The translations under genes were made by a program, and so were the position numbers. A model generated the notes under the pieces. That model searched no databases. It was not told where the DNA came from and worked only from the letters and a program-made list of their open reading frames with translations. From Candidatus Cloacimonadales bacterium (GTDB lineage: Bacteria > Cloacimonadota > Cloacimonadia > Cloacimonadales > JAFGVF01), in NCBI GenBank assembly GCA_963677495.2, contig CAXXOU010000004.1, forward strand, positions 1,248,001 to 1,312,000: a stretch of 64,000 nucleotides of DNA, given 5' to 3'. Shown here piece by piece: positions 52,817 to 62,402 of the stretch. Position 1 is the first letter of the stretch. Each line of letters opens with the position of its first letter.

Positions 52817-54273
52817 ATACGATTCCTAACTCTTTCAAAATGTTTCTTAATATGGTTCTTAATCAGTGTTGATCGATATTCGTCACTTCCCCTAACATCA
52901 CTGATAGGAGTGAACTCTTCAGCTGCAATCTCGGCAGCCTTCTCAATCACCTCATCTGTCAATGGCTTGAAGTTAAGGTACTCCATTGTTTTGTTTGCTA
53001 AGGCAGGATGCTCTTTCACGCCACCAAATGCTATTGTTACTCCTAAGATATCTCCCTCATCTATATACACAGACATGGCTGAGTTAACAGAAGATATATC
53101 CACGTTCTTTCGTTTGGAGCTTTTGATAAATCCGGAGTATGTATAGTTCTTTTTCGGCACTACAATAGCCTCAATATACTCACAATCATCTAAATCTATA
53201 TCTTTATATCCCTTATAGAACTCGCTCAGAGTAATGAACCGATCACCACATCCACCATCAAGTAGAAGCTTCGCTTCCAGTCCTAATAGCATAGATGCAC
53301 CATCAGCTACAGGACTTGCATTGCTGATGTTACCACCTAATGTGGCAACATTGCGGATTTGAGTGGAGGACATTATCTTGATTGTATCAACTAAGGCAGG
53401 GAAATACTTCTGTATAACTGCATTGTTCATTATGTCAGTAAGAGTTGCAGTTGAGCCTATCTTCACAACTCCGTCTAATTCATCTATATAGGTAAGCTCT
53501 ATCACCTCTGAAATATCTAAATACTCTTTACTGAATTCACGTCGTATGTTCGATTCGACATTCAAATCTGTGGCTCCGGCGATAAACTTATATCCACCTC
53601 TGCTAGTTAGCATATATAGTTCATCAAGATCCTTTGGCATTAAGTAACAATCAACCGGATAGTGATCTTCAACCTGCATCGGGAAGTTTTTTATCTCTTT
53701 CGGGATTGCCTCTAAATCTTTAATAATAGCTTCTTTGGATTCAGGCAGGATATCATTCTTATTGATCAGCTTGTTATGCATACTTTTGATCAGCTCTTCC
53801 CCGGCTTTGACAATATGTTTGTATCCTGTACATCTGCAAAGATTACCCTCTAAAGCAGTCTTAAAATCCGCCAAGGATGGGTTCCCATTTTCCATAAGCA
53901 AAGCGAATACACTCATAACAATACCCGGCGTGCAGAAGCCGCACTGGGTTCCATGATTGTCAAACAACACTTTCTGGATGAAGTGCATTTTATCAGGTGT
54001 ACCCAATCCTTCAGTTGTCACTACATGCTTGCCATGAAGCTTTGTCGCAGGATAGATACATGATGTAATTGATTTATAACGTAGCTTTGATTCCCAAATC
54101 TCTCCGATTGCGATAGTACATGCCCCACAATCACCTTCCGAGCAGACCTCTTTCACACTCTGCATACCAAATCTATGCAACAACTCCAACGCTGTCTCAG
54201 CCGGCTTACATTCTGTCTGCACCAACCACCCGTTCAATCTGAACTCAATTCTGTTAACCCTTATAGTTTTCAT
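52813..54273 (-). CDS. xdhA: Xanthine dehydrogenase small subunit (two [2Fe-2S] plus FAD)
   Basis: CSEGDCGACT, QCGFCTPG, GNLCRCTGY, AGATD, QIRNVATLGGN..ASPVAD, PISDVRGS. Confidence 0.92.
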   Translation of the reverse strand: MKTIRVNRIEFRLNGWLVQTECKPAETALELLHRFGMQSVKEVCSEGDCGACTIAIGEIWESKLRYKSITSCIYPATKLHGKHVVTTEGLGTPDKMHFIQKVLFDNHGTQCGFCTPGIVMSVFALLMENGNPSLADFKTALEGNLCRCTGYKHIVKAGEELIKSMHNKLINKNDILPESKEAIIKDLEAIPKEIKNFPMQVEDHYPVDCYLMPKDLDELYMLTSRGGYKFIAGATDLNVESNIRREFSKEYLDISEVIELTYIDELDGVVKIGSTATLTDIMNNAVIQKYFPALVDTIKIMSSTQIRNVATLGGNISNASPVADGASMLLGLEAKLLLDGGCGDRFITLSEFYKGYKDIDLDDCEYIEAIVVPKKNYTYSGFIKSSKRKNVDISSVNSAMSVYIDEGDILGVTIAFGGVKEHPALANKTMEYLNFKPLTDEVIEKAAEIAAEEFTPISDVRGSDEYRSTLIKNHIKKHFERVRNRI

Positions 54274-54572
54274 AATCTCTACCTCGTTTGATAGCTTAAG
54301 TTATCTGTTTTTGACCAACTGCCAATTATCAGGATACTTTTTTAGTTGTAAAGTAGAAAGTGGGGATTAACAATTAAAGAGCTATATTGTTACTCAGCTA
54401 GCGTCCATAGGAACTTGTGAGTACGACGCTAAGCGAAAGATATCAAGCAATTCTTCAGTAAGTTGTTCAATTCCTGTCATATATCCAATCATAGGACTAA
54501 TATTATTTAATGCATGTCAATACTAGTTTCAGAGCACGATTTGCTTCCCGGTTATAGCTCTATCGAGCTATG

Positions 54573-54642
54573 TGCAAGTGGGGACACTCGCACTACAAAT
54601 GTACTGCGACTCTCCTGAGTTGCTGTGCCGACAAAGTCGGCA
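54573..54642. repeat. REP-like palindrome doublet
   Basis: TGCAAGTGGGGACACTCGCACTAC (CTAC end) followed by GTACTGCGACTCTCCTGAGTTGC and TGCCGACAAAGTCGGCA. Confidence 0.55.
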
Positions 54643-54757
54643 ATTTCCACTGACCGAGACTTTGAAATCAATTACTCATGGAGAGGAAATCCTTATCAGT
54701 CGTATGGACTCGTGCTTTTTTGATTGTTTGTAGAATGCAAAATGTTAGATGAACAAT

Positions 54758-54985
54758 CATCTGTACCTTCGTAATGGTCGTAGACCTTCCGAATGGTACA
54801 CTTCGAAGGGACTGACTCGGACTTTCGTTGCGATGATAATGTGACGCGAGAACGGATCAGGTTTAGAGAACCGGAATTAGCAAACCAAGAACATATTCGA
54901 CCCACTTTGGGGTCGTGGATTCTAATGGGTCATTCAACCATGCATTTCATGCATGGCTACTCATATTTAATCACTCTGTGATTAT
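54758..54985. repeat. About 230-bp multi-hairpin repeat, copy 1
   Basis: Highly similar to 56344-56577 in the same orientation. Confidence 0.88.
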
Positions 54986-55077
54986 TCCTGCTTCAGTAGA
55001 TATATTCAGTACCTTTTGCAATGACTTACGATAATTCCGGTCACCTGTGTGAGTTTAAGATCATGGGGAACCGACTG

Positions 55078-55200
55078 AAAGGAGCTTGCTTGAGAAACGA
55101 AAGCAACTCATTTTCAAAGGAGCTTGCTTGAGAAACGAAAGCAACTCATTTTCAAAGGAGTTTGCTTGAGAAACGAAAGCAACTCATTTTCAAAGGAGCT
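55078..55200. repeat. Tandem repeat, 38-bp unit x3 plus a partial unit
   Basis: AAAGGAGCTTGCTTGAGAAACGAAAGCAACTCATTTTC repeated with no spacers. Confidence 0.95.
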
Positions 55201-55437
55201 CGTGAGACAGTTGTCGAACAACTTCTTGGAATTATACTTCGAAGTACGCAATTCCCAGAACTCCCGATGGTCGTAATAGTGACCGCTACTGTGCGATCCT
55301 ATGGTTAGATTATACTAAAATACTGACCCTGAAGGGGTAGTAGATTCTCGGTACGGGAAAATCGACCAAGGGTGGTTCGATTTACATCACAAGAGCACCA
55401 TTGAGAAGGTCTTAAGACCATTCTCAAGGTAGTTATT

Positions 55438-56250
55438 CTAAAACCTATAACTAACCCCAACAACTAAATAGTGGAACAGTGAGAAGGTATAGACTTCATC
55501 ATTATCAGCCCCACCTTCGAGGATACGATAGCCGGCTCGGAATCCGAGTTTTTTCTTGAGGTTATAATTCAAACTAAGGGCTACATCTTCAGCTCTGCCT
55601 TGTGGGGCAGCAAGTGCATCACCATCCAGGATTAAACTTAAATCATTGTTCAGTCTCCAATTCAATCTGAACTTTATGATTGGGACAAATCCCACATTCT
55701 TCTTCTCTGCTTTCTTCGCATCGTCTTCGAGGGTGATATACGCATCTCTAATCTTTGCTGTAAACCCAACCCCGAAAGTCAAATTATCTCTTCTTACAAA
55801 GTCATAGCGATATGAGATACGATATGAGTTAAACTGGTAAACCGACTCTAAATCACTGTTTGCAACGAATGTTTTACCCTGATAGATTATATCTCTATCG
55901 ACCTTACCGGTAGCTGTAACTGAAAGAGGAGCATATAGCATGGATATGTGATGTTTAGGATTGAAATGATAGATTAGCTTAGCTCTGAAATAGGGCTCAA
56001 CATCAGTTTCCAAATCATCTTTTAAAGAGAACTTAGTCCCTTCATCACCTGGAATCCTCACATCATTGTACCCTGTAAATAATGCCCCACTTTCCAAATC
56101 TAATTCGAACTTAGTCTTGTTATGTTTGGGCATATTCGCAGGTCCATATTCGGATAACCAACCACTATTATTTGAATCTACTTTATATTCACCCCACAAG
56201 CATACAGTTAAAACCATCAGCATAATCAAAGCTATAATTCTTCTTGTCAT
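55438..56250 (-). CDS. Outer-membrane beta-barrel protein, function unknown
   Basis: Signal peptide, alternating amphipathic strands, C-terminal VGVSYRF; AGGAGG RBS. Confidence 0.75.
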   Translation of the reverse strand: MTRRIIALIMLMVLTVCLWGEYKVDSNNSGWLSEYGPANMPKHNKTKFELDLESGALFTGYNDVRIPGDEGTKFSLKDDLETDVEPYFRAKLIYHFNPKHHISMLYAPLSVTATGKVDRDIIYQGKTFVANSDLESVYQFNSYRISYRYDFVRRDNLTFGVGFTAKIRDAYITLEDDAKKAEKKNVGFVPIIKFRLNWRLNNDLSLILDGDALAAPQGRAEDVALSLNYNLKKKLGFRAGYRILEGGADNDEVYTFSLFHYLVVGVSYRF

Positions 56251-56343
56251 CTTCAGCCTCCTGTGTCCTTTAATCTACATTTCTATTATCAACCGACTAT
56301 TTATAATCCTTCTATTTCACTTGTAAAGAAAAAAAACGATGGA

Positions 56344-56577
56344 CATCTGTACCTTCGTAATGGTCGCAGACCTTCCGAATGGTGCATTTCGGAGGGACTA
56401 ACCCGGACTTTCGTTGCGATGATAATGTGACGCGAGAACGAAAGTAGCTTAGAGAACCGGAATTAGCGAATCAAGAACATATTCGACCCACTTTGGGGTC
56501 GTGGATTCTAATAGGGACATACGTCCATGCATTTCATACAGTACATGGCTACTCACATTTTATCCCGCTGGGATAAT
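56344..56577. repeat. About 230-bp multi-hairpin repeat, copy 2
   Basis: Direct repeat of 54758-54985. Confidence 0.88.
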
Positions 56578-56647
56578 GACTACTAACAAAATCGAATCTA
56601 TTTTGATAAACTATTAACATAGATCTTACAACATAATGGGTATTTAC

Positions 56648-56820
56648 TAACTCTGAAAGAGTTACATATGAGTAGCTCCGAATGCAATTCTGGGTAATGT
56701 ATTCTCCAAAAATTACACAACCCCGAATGGGTTTGAATATTGACGGTATACCACGAACCACACGAAAAACACTAAATAATTCTGTCTCTTTTCGTGCTAT
56801 TTGTGCCTTTTGTGGTTTGA
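56648..56820. repeat. Further REP-like palindromes
   Basis: AACTCTGAAAGAGTT..ATGAGTAGC..CGAATGCAATTC..AACCCCGAATGGGTT (inverted relative of 56480-56577); ACCACGAACCACACGAAA..TTCGTGCTATTTGTGCCTTTTGTGGT. Confidence 0.55.
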
Positions 56821-56963
56821 TTATTTGCACTCAAACTAATCCTTCAATCAAAACATAGTCATCCCACTGTTTTCCCACTGTGCACGCACTGTGCACCCAG
56901 TGAAACAGTGTGTCAATGGCATTTTAAATTGGTACAGTTTGGCATTTAAAAATGGTACAGTCT

Positions 56964-57695
56964 TCATTTTTGAAAATTCCTTAGTCTAAAGCTGTCTCCG
57001 AGCATTGTAATTGGTTGTGAGTGATGGAGTAATCTATCAAGAATAGCAGTTGCTATCACATTGTCGTTAAAAATAGCTCCCCATTCATTAAACAACCTAT
57101 TCGATGTTATGATTACTGATCTAAATTCGTATAAGAGATGGATGAGTCTAAAGAACAGATTAGCTGCCTTTGTCTGGAGAGGAAGATACCCCATCTCATC
57201 TATAACTATCAGATCATTCTTGGCTATATTGCTTAGATATTTATCTATGTTGTTATCTGCTTCAGCTAGTACAAGTTCTTCGATAAGGTTGTTCAGATTA
57301 TAAAACACCACCTTATATCCTGCCTTTATTGCTTCATAACTGAGTGCTGTTGCAACATGAGTCTTACCTACTCCCGGAGGTCCCATTAAAATTATATTCC
57401 TCCTCTGCTCCAGCCAGACAAAGTTCTTCCACTCCTTTACTTGTCTTTTGGTTATTACTTGTTGATAAGCATAGTCGAACTCATCAAAGGTCTTTATTAC
57501 CGGGATGTGAGCCTGTTTAAGTCTTCTGTTGATATTGGTTTGATTCCTTCCTGAGTTCTCTTTTTCAAATAGATAATGTACGAACTCCAGATAAGTCATA
57601 TTCTGTTTCTCTGCTTCTAAAACTGCACTTTCAAGAGTATTCAAAATATGAGTACAACGAGCCCTTTTGATGTATGTTTTAGTTATCTCTATCAT
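56964..57695 (-). CDS. istB: IS21 helper ATPase IstB
   Basis: GPPGVGKT, LIVIDEMGY, ITSN, AILDRLLHH, GDSFRL. Confidence 0.96.
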   Translation of the reverse strand: MIEITKTYIKRARCTHILNTLESAVLEAEKQNMTYLEFVHYLFEKENSGRNQTNINRRLKQAHIPVIKTFDEFDYAYQQVITKRQVKEWKNFVWLEQRRNIILMGPPGVGKTHVATALSYEAIKAGYKVVFYNLNNLIEELVLAEADNNIDKYLSNIAKNDLIVIDEMGYLPLQTKAANLFFRLIHLLYEFRSVIITSNRLFNEWGAIFNDNVIATAILDRLLHHSQPITMLGDSFRLRNFQK

Positions 57696-57696
57696 C

Positions 57697-59172
57697 TTAT
57701 AACACCTTCATGTAGTCATCTAATGAGCGCTCTATTAATGAACTCTCTGAGTCTTGTTGTGGTTCTGATTCTGATAATTCATTTAGCTTCATTTGTCTTA
57801 CTTTTGCATTCAGAAGCTTCTCTATGGCTGTTGCCTTTACATGCGAAAGAGTCATTACCTCAGGAAGCACTGACTCCCATACATCTGTTTCATAGTTACG
57901 CTTAAACTTGCTTAAGGCTCTCAACTGATCCCTTGCTATTTTAGGGTTATCATTAACAAGCCTCTGGATTAGTTCTTCTCCTTGGATATATTCACTCATC
58001 TCATCCTTTACTCGCTCAATAAGCTCTTGTAGCACTACCGTAAAATCCCGATAATGATTAGTGTTTTTGATGATTTTGCCTTTTTCTGTGCATAGCTCAT
58101 GTTGGCAGATTTCCTTTCTTGTATAAATATCCATCACCACTAAAGTGCTCTTTTCTTTTTGCACATATACCTGTTTTCGCTGATACTCTAATGGAACAGA
58201 GTACTTATTACCCTCATACGAGATTAAGCCTGTTTTATCTGCATTACGAACTTCTAAAGTGAAGATAAACTCTGGAATATCTTTTAGCTTTAACCTCTCT
58301 TCTTGCCATACTTCTGATGGTACTTTACGGGTTGTGCCATGGGTTCTGCCGTTAAAGTGTAAAAGCCACTCAAGTCCGCGTGAACGCAGGTCTGCCAGGT
58401 CTTTGAACTCTTTGCCATACATAAAGCCATGCTTTACTTCTGAGACATTACGCTCTACTTTACCCTTGCTTTGTGGATCATAGCCTTCGCATACATGAGG
58501 ATGAAAGCCCGTTTTTGCTGCAAACTGATGGAACTGATTATTTAAGATTACTTCCCGATAGCGTTCCTGTATTACTACAAGCTTTGTCTGGTCGTAAACA
58601 CACTCTGAAGGGATACCTTCAAAATAGATAAAAGCTTCACGATGAGCTTCAATAAACCTTGATGTGTTATATGGTGTTGTGCTCCAATGGACATAGCTTT
58701 GACGCGAGTGGGAAAGCACAAAAACTATAAAATAAACTCTTTGACGTTTATTACCCAAAACTACTTTCATCTCACCTGGATCAACTTGAACCTGAACACC
58801 GGGAGCCGTCTCGATTACTGCATAATTACGGTATTTATCGACAGGATAAGTCTGCTTTAGCTTACGAACAAAATCTCGGAAAGCTCTGTCTTTTGCTTTT
58901 ATCTCAGGGAACTTTTTCTTAACTTCTAAATATAGTACACTAGCTCTTAATCGTGGATATTTGCTAAGCCTTTCGCGGACATATTGCTCACATATGGCAA
59001 AACTGCTTTCACGAATGCTATTGTTTATTAGTTCCATGAACTCATCAAGTGTCATATTTATGTATTTACCTACTGTTGTCTTTGATAGAGACAACTCCTC
59101 TGCGATCTTACGCTGACTATGCCCTTGCTTATGCATAGTTTTTATTGAATGATACACTTCTACTCCAATCAT
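57697..59172 (-). CDS. istA: IS21 transposase IstA
   Basis: HTH, ETAPGVQVQVD, YDQTK, PQSKGKVE, HGTT, NKYSVP; ATG at 59172 after GGAGTAGG. Confidence 0.95.
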   Translation of the reverse strand: MIGVEVYHSIKTMHKQGHSQRKIAEELSLSKTTVGKYINMTLDEFMELINNSIRESSFAICEQYVRERLSKYPRLRASVLYLEVKKKFPEIKAKDRAFRDFVRKLKQTYPVDKYRNYAVIETAPGVQVQVDPGEMKVVLGNKRQRVYFIVFVLSHSRQSYVHWSTTPYNTSRFIEAHREAFIYFEGIPSECVYDQTKLVVIQERYREVILNNQFHQFAAKTGFHPHVCEGYDPQSKGKVERNVSEVKHGFMYGKEFKDLADLRSRGLEWLLHFNGRTHGTTRKVPSEVWQEERLKLKDIPEFIFTLEVRNADKTGLISYEGNKYSVPLEYQRKQVYVQKEKSTLVVMDIYTRKEICQHELCTEKGKIIKNTNHYRDFTVVLQELIERVKDEMSEYIQGEELIQRLVNDNPKIARDQLRALSKFKRNYETDVWESVLPEVMTLSHVKATAIEKLLNAKVRQMKLNELSESEPQQDSESSLIERSLDDYMKVL

Positions 59173-59270
59173 ACCTACTCCAAACTGTCTTGAAGTAGTC
59201 ATTTTTAAAGGTTGGCAGTTTTGTACCACTTTTCACTGCCATCGTGTACCATTTCTCACTGCCATTGACA

Positions 59271-59570
59271 AACAGTGGGTTGGCAGTGCCTTCACAGTGG
59301 GATCACAGTGCGTGCACAGTGCGTTGGTGGATAGAGTAGTGAAAGGGAGCAAAAAGGACAATAAATACAACTAAGTGATTGGAAATTGCACTGAGTATGT
59401 TGCTTTCAGATGACTCCTCCGAAGTGCATTTAAGGAAGTCCGTTCTCCTTTCAGTCTGACAAACTCCCTGAAATGCTGTAAGTCATTGCAAATTGCACTG
59501 TGTTGCGACTCCGGAGTGCATATTAGGAACTCCGTTTCCTTATCAGGCCGACAAACTCCCTGAAATGCTG
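59271..59570. repeat. Right part of the CACTG/CAGTG element interrupted by IS21, with two tail modules
   Basis: Continues 56857-56910 and aligns to 32003-32270; GTGCAT..AGGAA.TCCGTT..CCTT.TCAG...GACAAACTCCCTGAAATGC occurs twice. Confidence 0.85.
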
Positions 59571-59602
59571 TAGTTTAATAAAATACTTGTGTATAAAGTA
59601 AA

Positions 59603-59626
59603 AGGCTGATGCAATTACATCAGCCT
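59603..59626 (-). terminator. Intrinsic terminator of the PEGA gene
   Basis: AGGCTGATG-caatta-CATCAGCCT with T-run on the minus strand. Confidence 0.75.
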
Positions 59627-59648
59627 ATGTTCATATAATGTTAAACTT

Positions 59649-62375
59649 CTACCATAGTCTCCAAGACAACTCAGCTTTTAAACCGAATATGTTCTGTTCA
59701 ACAAATTGCTTCCAATCTCCATTATAATCATCTTCATAAGAATCTCCATACACATTCCTTTGATGAATAAATGCACATAGGACATTAAAGAAGAGCTTGT
59801 GTGTATTGTTATTAACTAGCTTAAACTCAGCTCCAAGATCAGTCTCATAAATAGCAGCACCATTACAAAAGATTGCTCCATTATACCAGTATGGACTAAA
59901 GTTTTTACTAAAAACCGGTTTAAAGTTTGCGTAAACCATATAGTAGATAGACTCTTCTGATATCGGAGCCCATGCAATAACATAATCACTGGGATTTTCA
60001 TTAGCATTATCAATGCTATCAGATAAGGGGTTAGTATCAAGTTTCAAGAAATGGAATCCATTCAGATATGAAGCCAAGGCATTCTTAACAAAGCTTGAGC
60101 TATAATAATCAAGATCCTCATCCTCCTCAACTTCCCAGACTCCGAGAGAGCAACCAAGTTCTACAAATCCATCCTCCCCTTTTCGTTCTCCACCTTCAAG
60201 AATTCCAATATCGACTAAATAGGCAGTCTGCTCATCTTCAACTGAGCCATATCCCAATCTAGCCCGAAAAGCATTTATCCCATACTCGAAGTTCACTAGT
60301 GCTTTCGTACCTTCCTCATTCGTAATACCATCTATGAGATAATAATACTTCTTATCTATCTTATGTTTGAAAGAAAAAGAGATATGAGGATTCTCGTGAG
60401 TATCAAAATTTGTGAGATCACTTGTTTCTTCACTATAGCCAAGAGCAACTGGTCTGGATGCATACATAGCTTTCAGATCAATTACGTCTGATCTCAGTCT
60501 AAACTGGTATCCTATACCACCCCAACGTTCAATATAAGCATATCTGTTTATAGATCTTAATCTTCCATAATGAGCTGAAAGCATAACATCTTTCGTATCA
60601 ACAAACAGTTGCCCCTCTAAACGTTCTGCACCATACATGATTTCATCTTCATACTCTTTTATGGAACTATTTGGAAAATGAGTTTTACTCTTTCGGTAAA
60701 TCTTTGCTCCAATATTAGCATCAGCTTGTAAACCAACTATACCATATTTGAAACGGGAGTGGGCATAAATATCATCGTAGATAATCTGAGTGTTGCCTTC
60801 AACATTCTCTGTATCGAATATTTCTGAATACTCATATTCATCTTCATAGTCTCTTCCTATATGCTGAACACCACCCAAATAGAAGAACCTGGTAGTTAGA
60901 GTATTGTTTAATCGTGCTCTAAAGCCACGTTCTTGGAGTTTAAAGTTTACGGTATGCTTTTTATTCTTTTTAATCGTAATGATTTCACTCTTTTTAGTAT
61001 AACCCTTAGCAGTTGCTTGAACTTTATATTTACCAACTGGTAAATCCTCAAGTTTCTTGCCCGGTACTGCTTTGTAGGTCTTTTTATTCTTCAAATTTGT
61101 AACGACAAGCTTTGCATGTGAAGGCTTAATATTTAGAGATAAATCACCTTCACCTTCAAGCTCTTTAAGTTTACATTCATGAATTTCCATACCATCTTCG
61201 GTCATTGTTCCGGTAACTCTGTAGTCTTCATAATCTTCTCTTGAACATACAATAGTGTAATCTCCAATACAGATATTATCAAAACTAACAAGACCGGTAT
61301 CTTCATGCCTTTTTCCCAAAGCGTCTGTTAAAACAATCTTAGTATTATGACTAGGGAATGCTTTAATATCTACAGTTCCTGATTTAATCTCAGGCTTGTA
61401 TGTCCTATCGATGGTTTTTAGGTCGTTTGTTACTTCAAATCCATCCATAATATCTTCACCTACTGGATTCATGATTCTAAGACTATATGTACCGGGTTTT
61501 AATTCAATTCCAAGTCCGCTCGAATAACTTCTCCCATCAATGTACAGTTTACAATAATCAGGAATATCAATATTTACTTTTGCTACATCTTTAACAAGTG
61601 TGAAATGTAACTGCTGTTTATCTTCGATGTTGATTATGCGTGTCTGCTCCTTATAATTGACTTTTTCAACTACAACTTCATGTCTACCGGAATGAAGTAG
61701 ATCAGCACAAGGAGTTTGCCCTATAAGCTTACCATCAACTCTTACAGTTGCTTTTTCAGGTGATGACGAAAACTCTACTTTATACTTTTTAGCATGTTTT
61801 AGACGAAATTCTAAAGATGTATCTTTTTGAATATCAATCTCAGCTACATCAGATACGAATCCTACTTTACTTATTTCAAAAGTATGTTTCCCTTTCACTA
61901 GTTTAACAAAATCTTGCTCAACAATCACTCCATCAATCAAGACTTTAGACCCAACAGGTTTAACGTCTAAGATAACTGTAAGAAGATCCTCTTGTTTAAT
62001 AGCTTCACCGTGTGATTTAAGCTTTAAAGTGTATGCTTTTTTCCCTTCCAGGTTGAATGGAAACGGGTAGCTCATAGGCATATAGTTTTCTGCTGTTATC
62101 TTAATTTCCTGCTCCCTAAAAGAGATGTAAAAATAGAAAACACCGGGAGATTTCTTAACTTTCTTAGCTACCTCTACATTTACAAAATGGATTTCTGATG
62201 TAACATCTGTTTCGACTTTAATGATTGCACAATCATCACCATTTGAATCAAAGACTGACTCAACTGTTGCAGTAAAATCCAAATTATCTTGCTTGAAATC
62301 TTCAACGATGAATTCAAGTGCTATCAATGACATTACATTAATAATGAGAAATATAAACACATAATATTTCTTCAT
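59649..62375 (-). CDS. PEGA-domain protein with probable C-terminal beta-barrel
   Basis: Signal peptide, DSNGDDCAIIKV N-domain, SSPEKATVRVDG..GQTP PEGA repeats, C-terminal LKAELSWRLW. Confidence 0.8.
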   Translation of the reverse strand: MKKYYVFIFLIINVMSLIALEFIVEDFKQDNLDFTATVESVFDSNGDDCAIIKVETDVTSEIHFVNVEVAKKVKKSPGVFYFYISFREQEIKITAENYMPMSYPFPFNLEGKKAYTLKLKSHGEAIKQEDLLTVILDVKPVGSKVLIDGVIVEQDFVKLVKGKHTFEISKVGFVSDVAEIDIQKDTSLEFRLKHAKKYKVEFSSSPEKATVRVDGKLIGQTPCADLLHSGRHEVVVEKVNYKEQTRIINIEDKQQLHFTLVKDVAKVNIDIPDYCKLYIDGRSYSSGLGIELKPGTYSLRIMNPVGEDIMDGFEVTNDLKTIDRTYKPEIKSGTVDIKAFPSHNTKIVLTDALGKRHEDTGLVSFDNICIGDYTIVCSREDYEDYRVTGTMTEDGMEIHECKLKELEGEGDLSLNIKPSHAKLVVTNLKNKKTYKAVPGKKLEDLPVGKYKVQATAKGYTKKSEIITIKKNKKHTVNFKLQERGFRARLNNTLTTRFFYLGGVQHIGRDYEDEYEYSEIFDTENVEGNTQIIYDDIYAHSRFKYGIVGLQADANIGAKIYRKSKTHFPNSSIKEYEDEIMYGAERLEGQLFVDTKDVMLSAHYGRLRSINRYAYIERWGGIGYQFRLRSDVIDLKAMYASRPVALGYSEETSDLTNFDTHENPHISFSFKHKIDKKYYYLIDGITNEEGTKALVNFEYGINAFRARLGYGSVEDEQTAYLVDIGILEGGERKGEDGFVELGCSLGVWEVEEDEDLDYYSSSFVKNALASYLNGFHFLKLDTNPLSDSIDNANENPSDYVIAWAPISEESIYYMVYANFKPVFSKNFSPYWYNGAIFCNGAAIYETDLGAEFKLVNNNTHKLFFNVLCAFIHQRNVYGDSYEDDYNGDWKQFVEQNIFGLKAELSWRLW

Positions 62376-62402
62376 ACTTACCCCCTGCAATTATTTATTA
62401 AT

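Larger units (their letters stand above)
56911..59270 (-). mobile_element. IS21-family insertion sequence, complete (2360 bp), with 7-bp target duplication AACAGTG
   Basis: Ends TGTCAATGGCA / TGCCATTGACA, repeated subterminal GGCA..TGGTACA boxes, istA-istB; AACAGTG at 56904-56910 and 59271-59277. Confidence 0.96.

Noticed and set aside
55078..55200. CRISPR array
   Set aside because: Units are directly adjacent with no unique spacers, and there are no cas genes in the window
54696..56830. Short ORFs 54696-54905, 54793-54981 and 56549-56830
   Set aside because: They are translations of repeat elements, and the frames are not recovered at the other repeat copy
59173..59229. Longer istA start
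   Set aside because: It runs into the IS terminal repeats; the RBS supports ATG 59172
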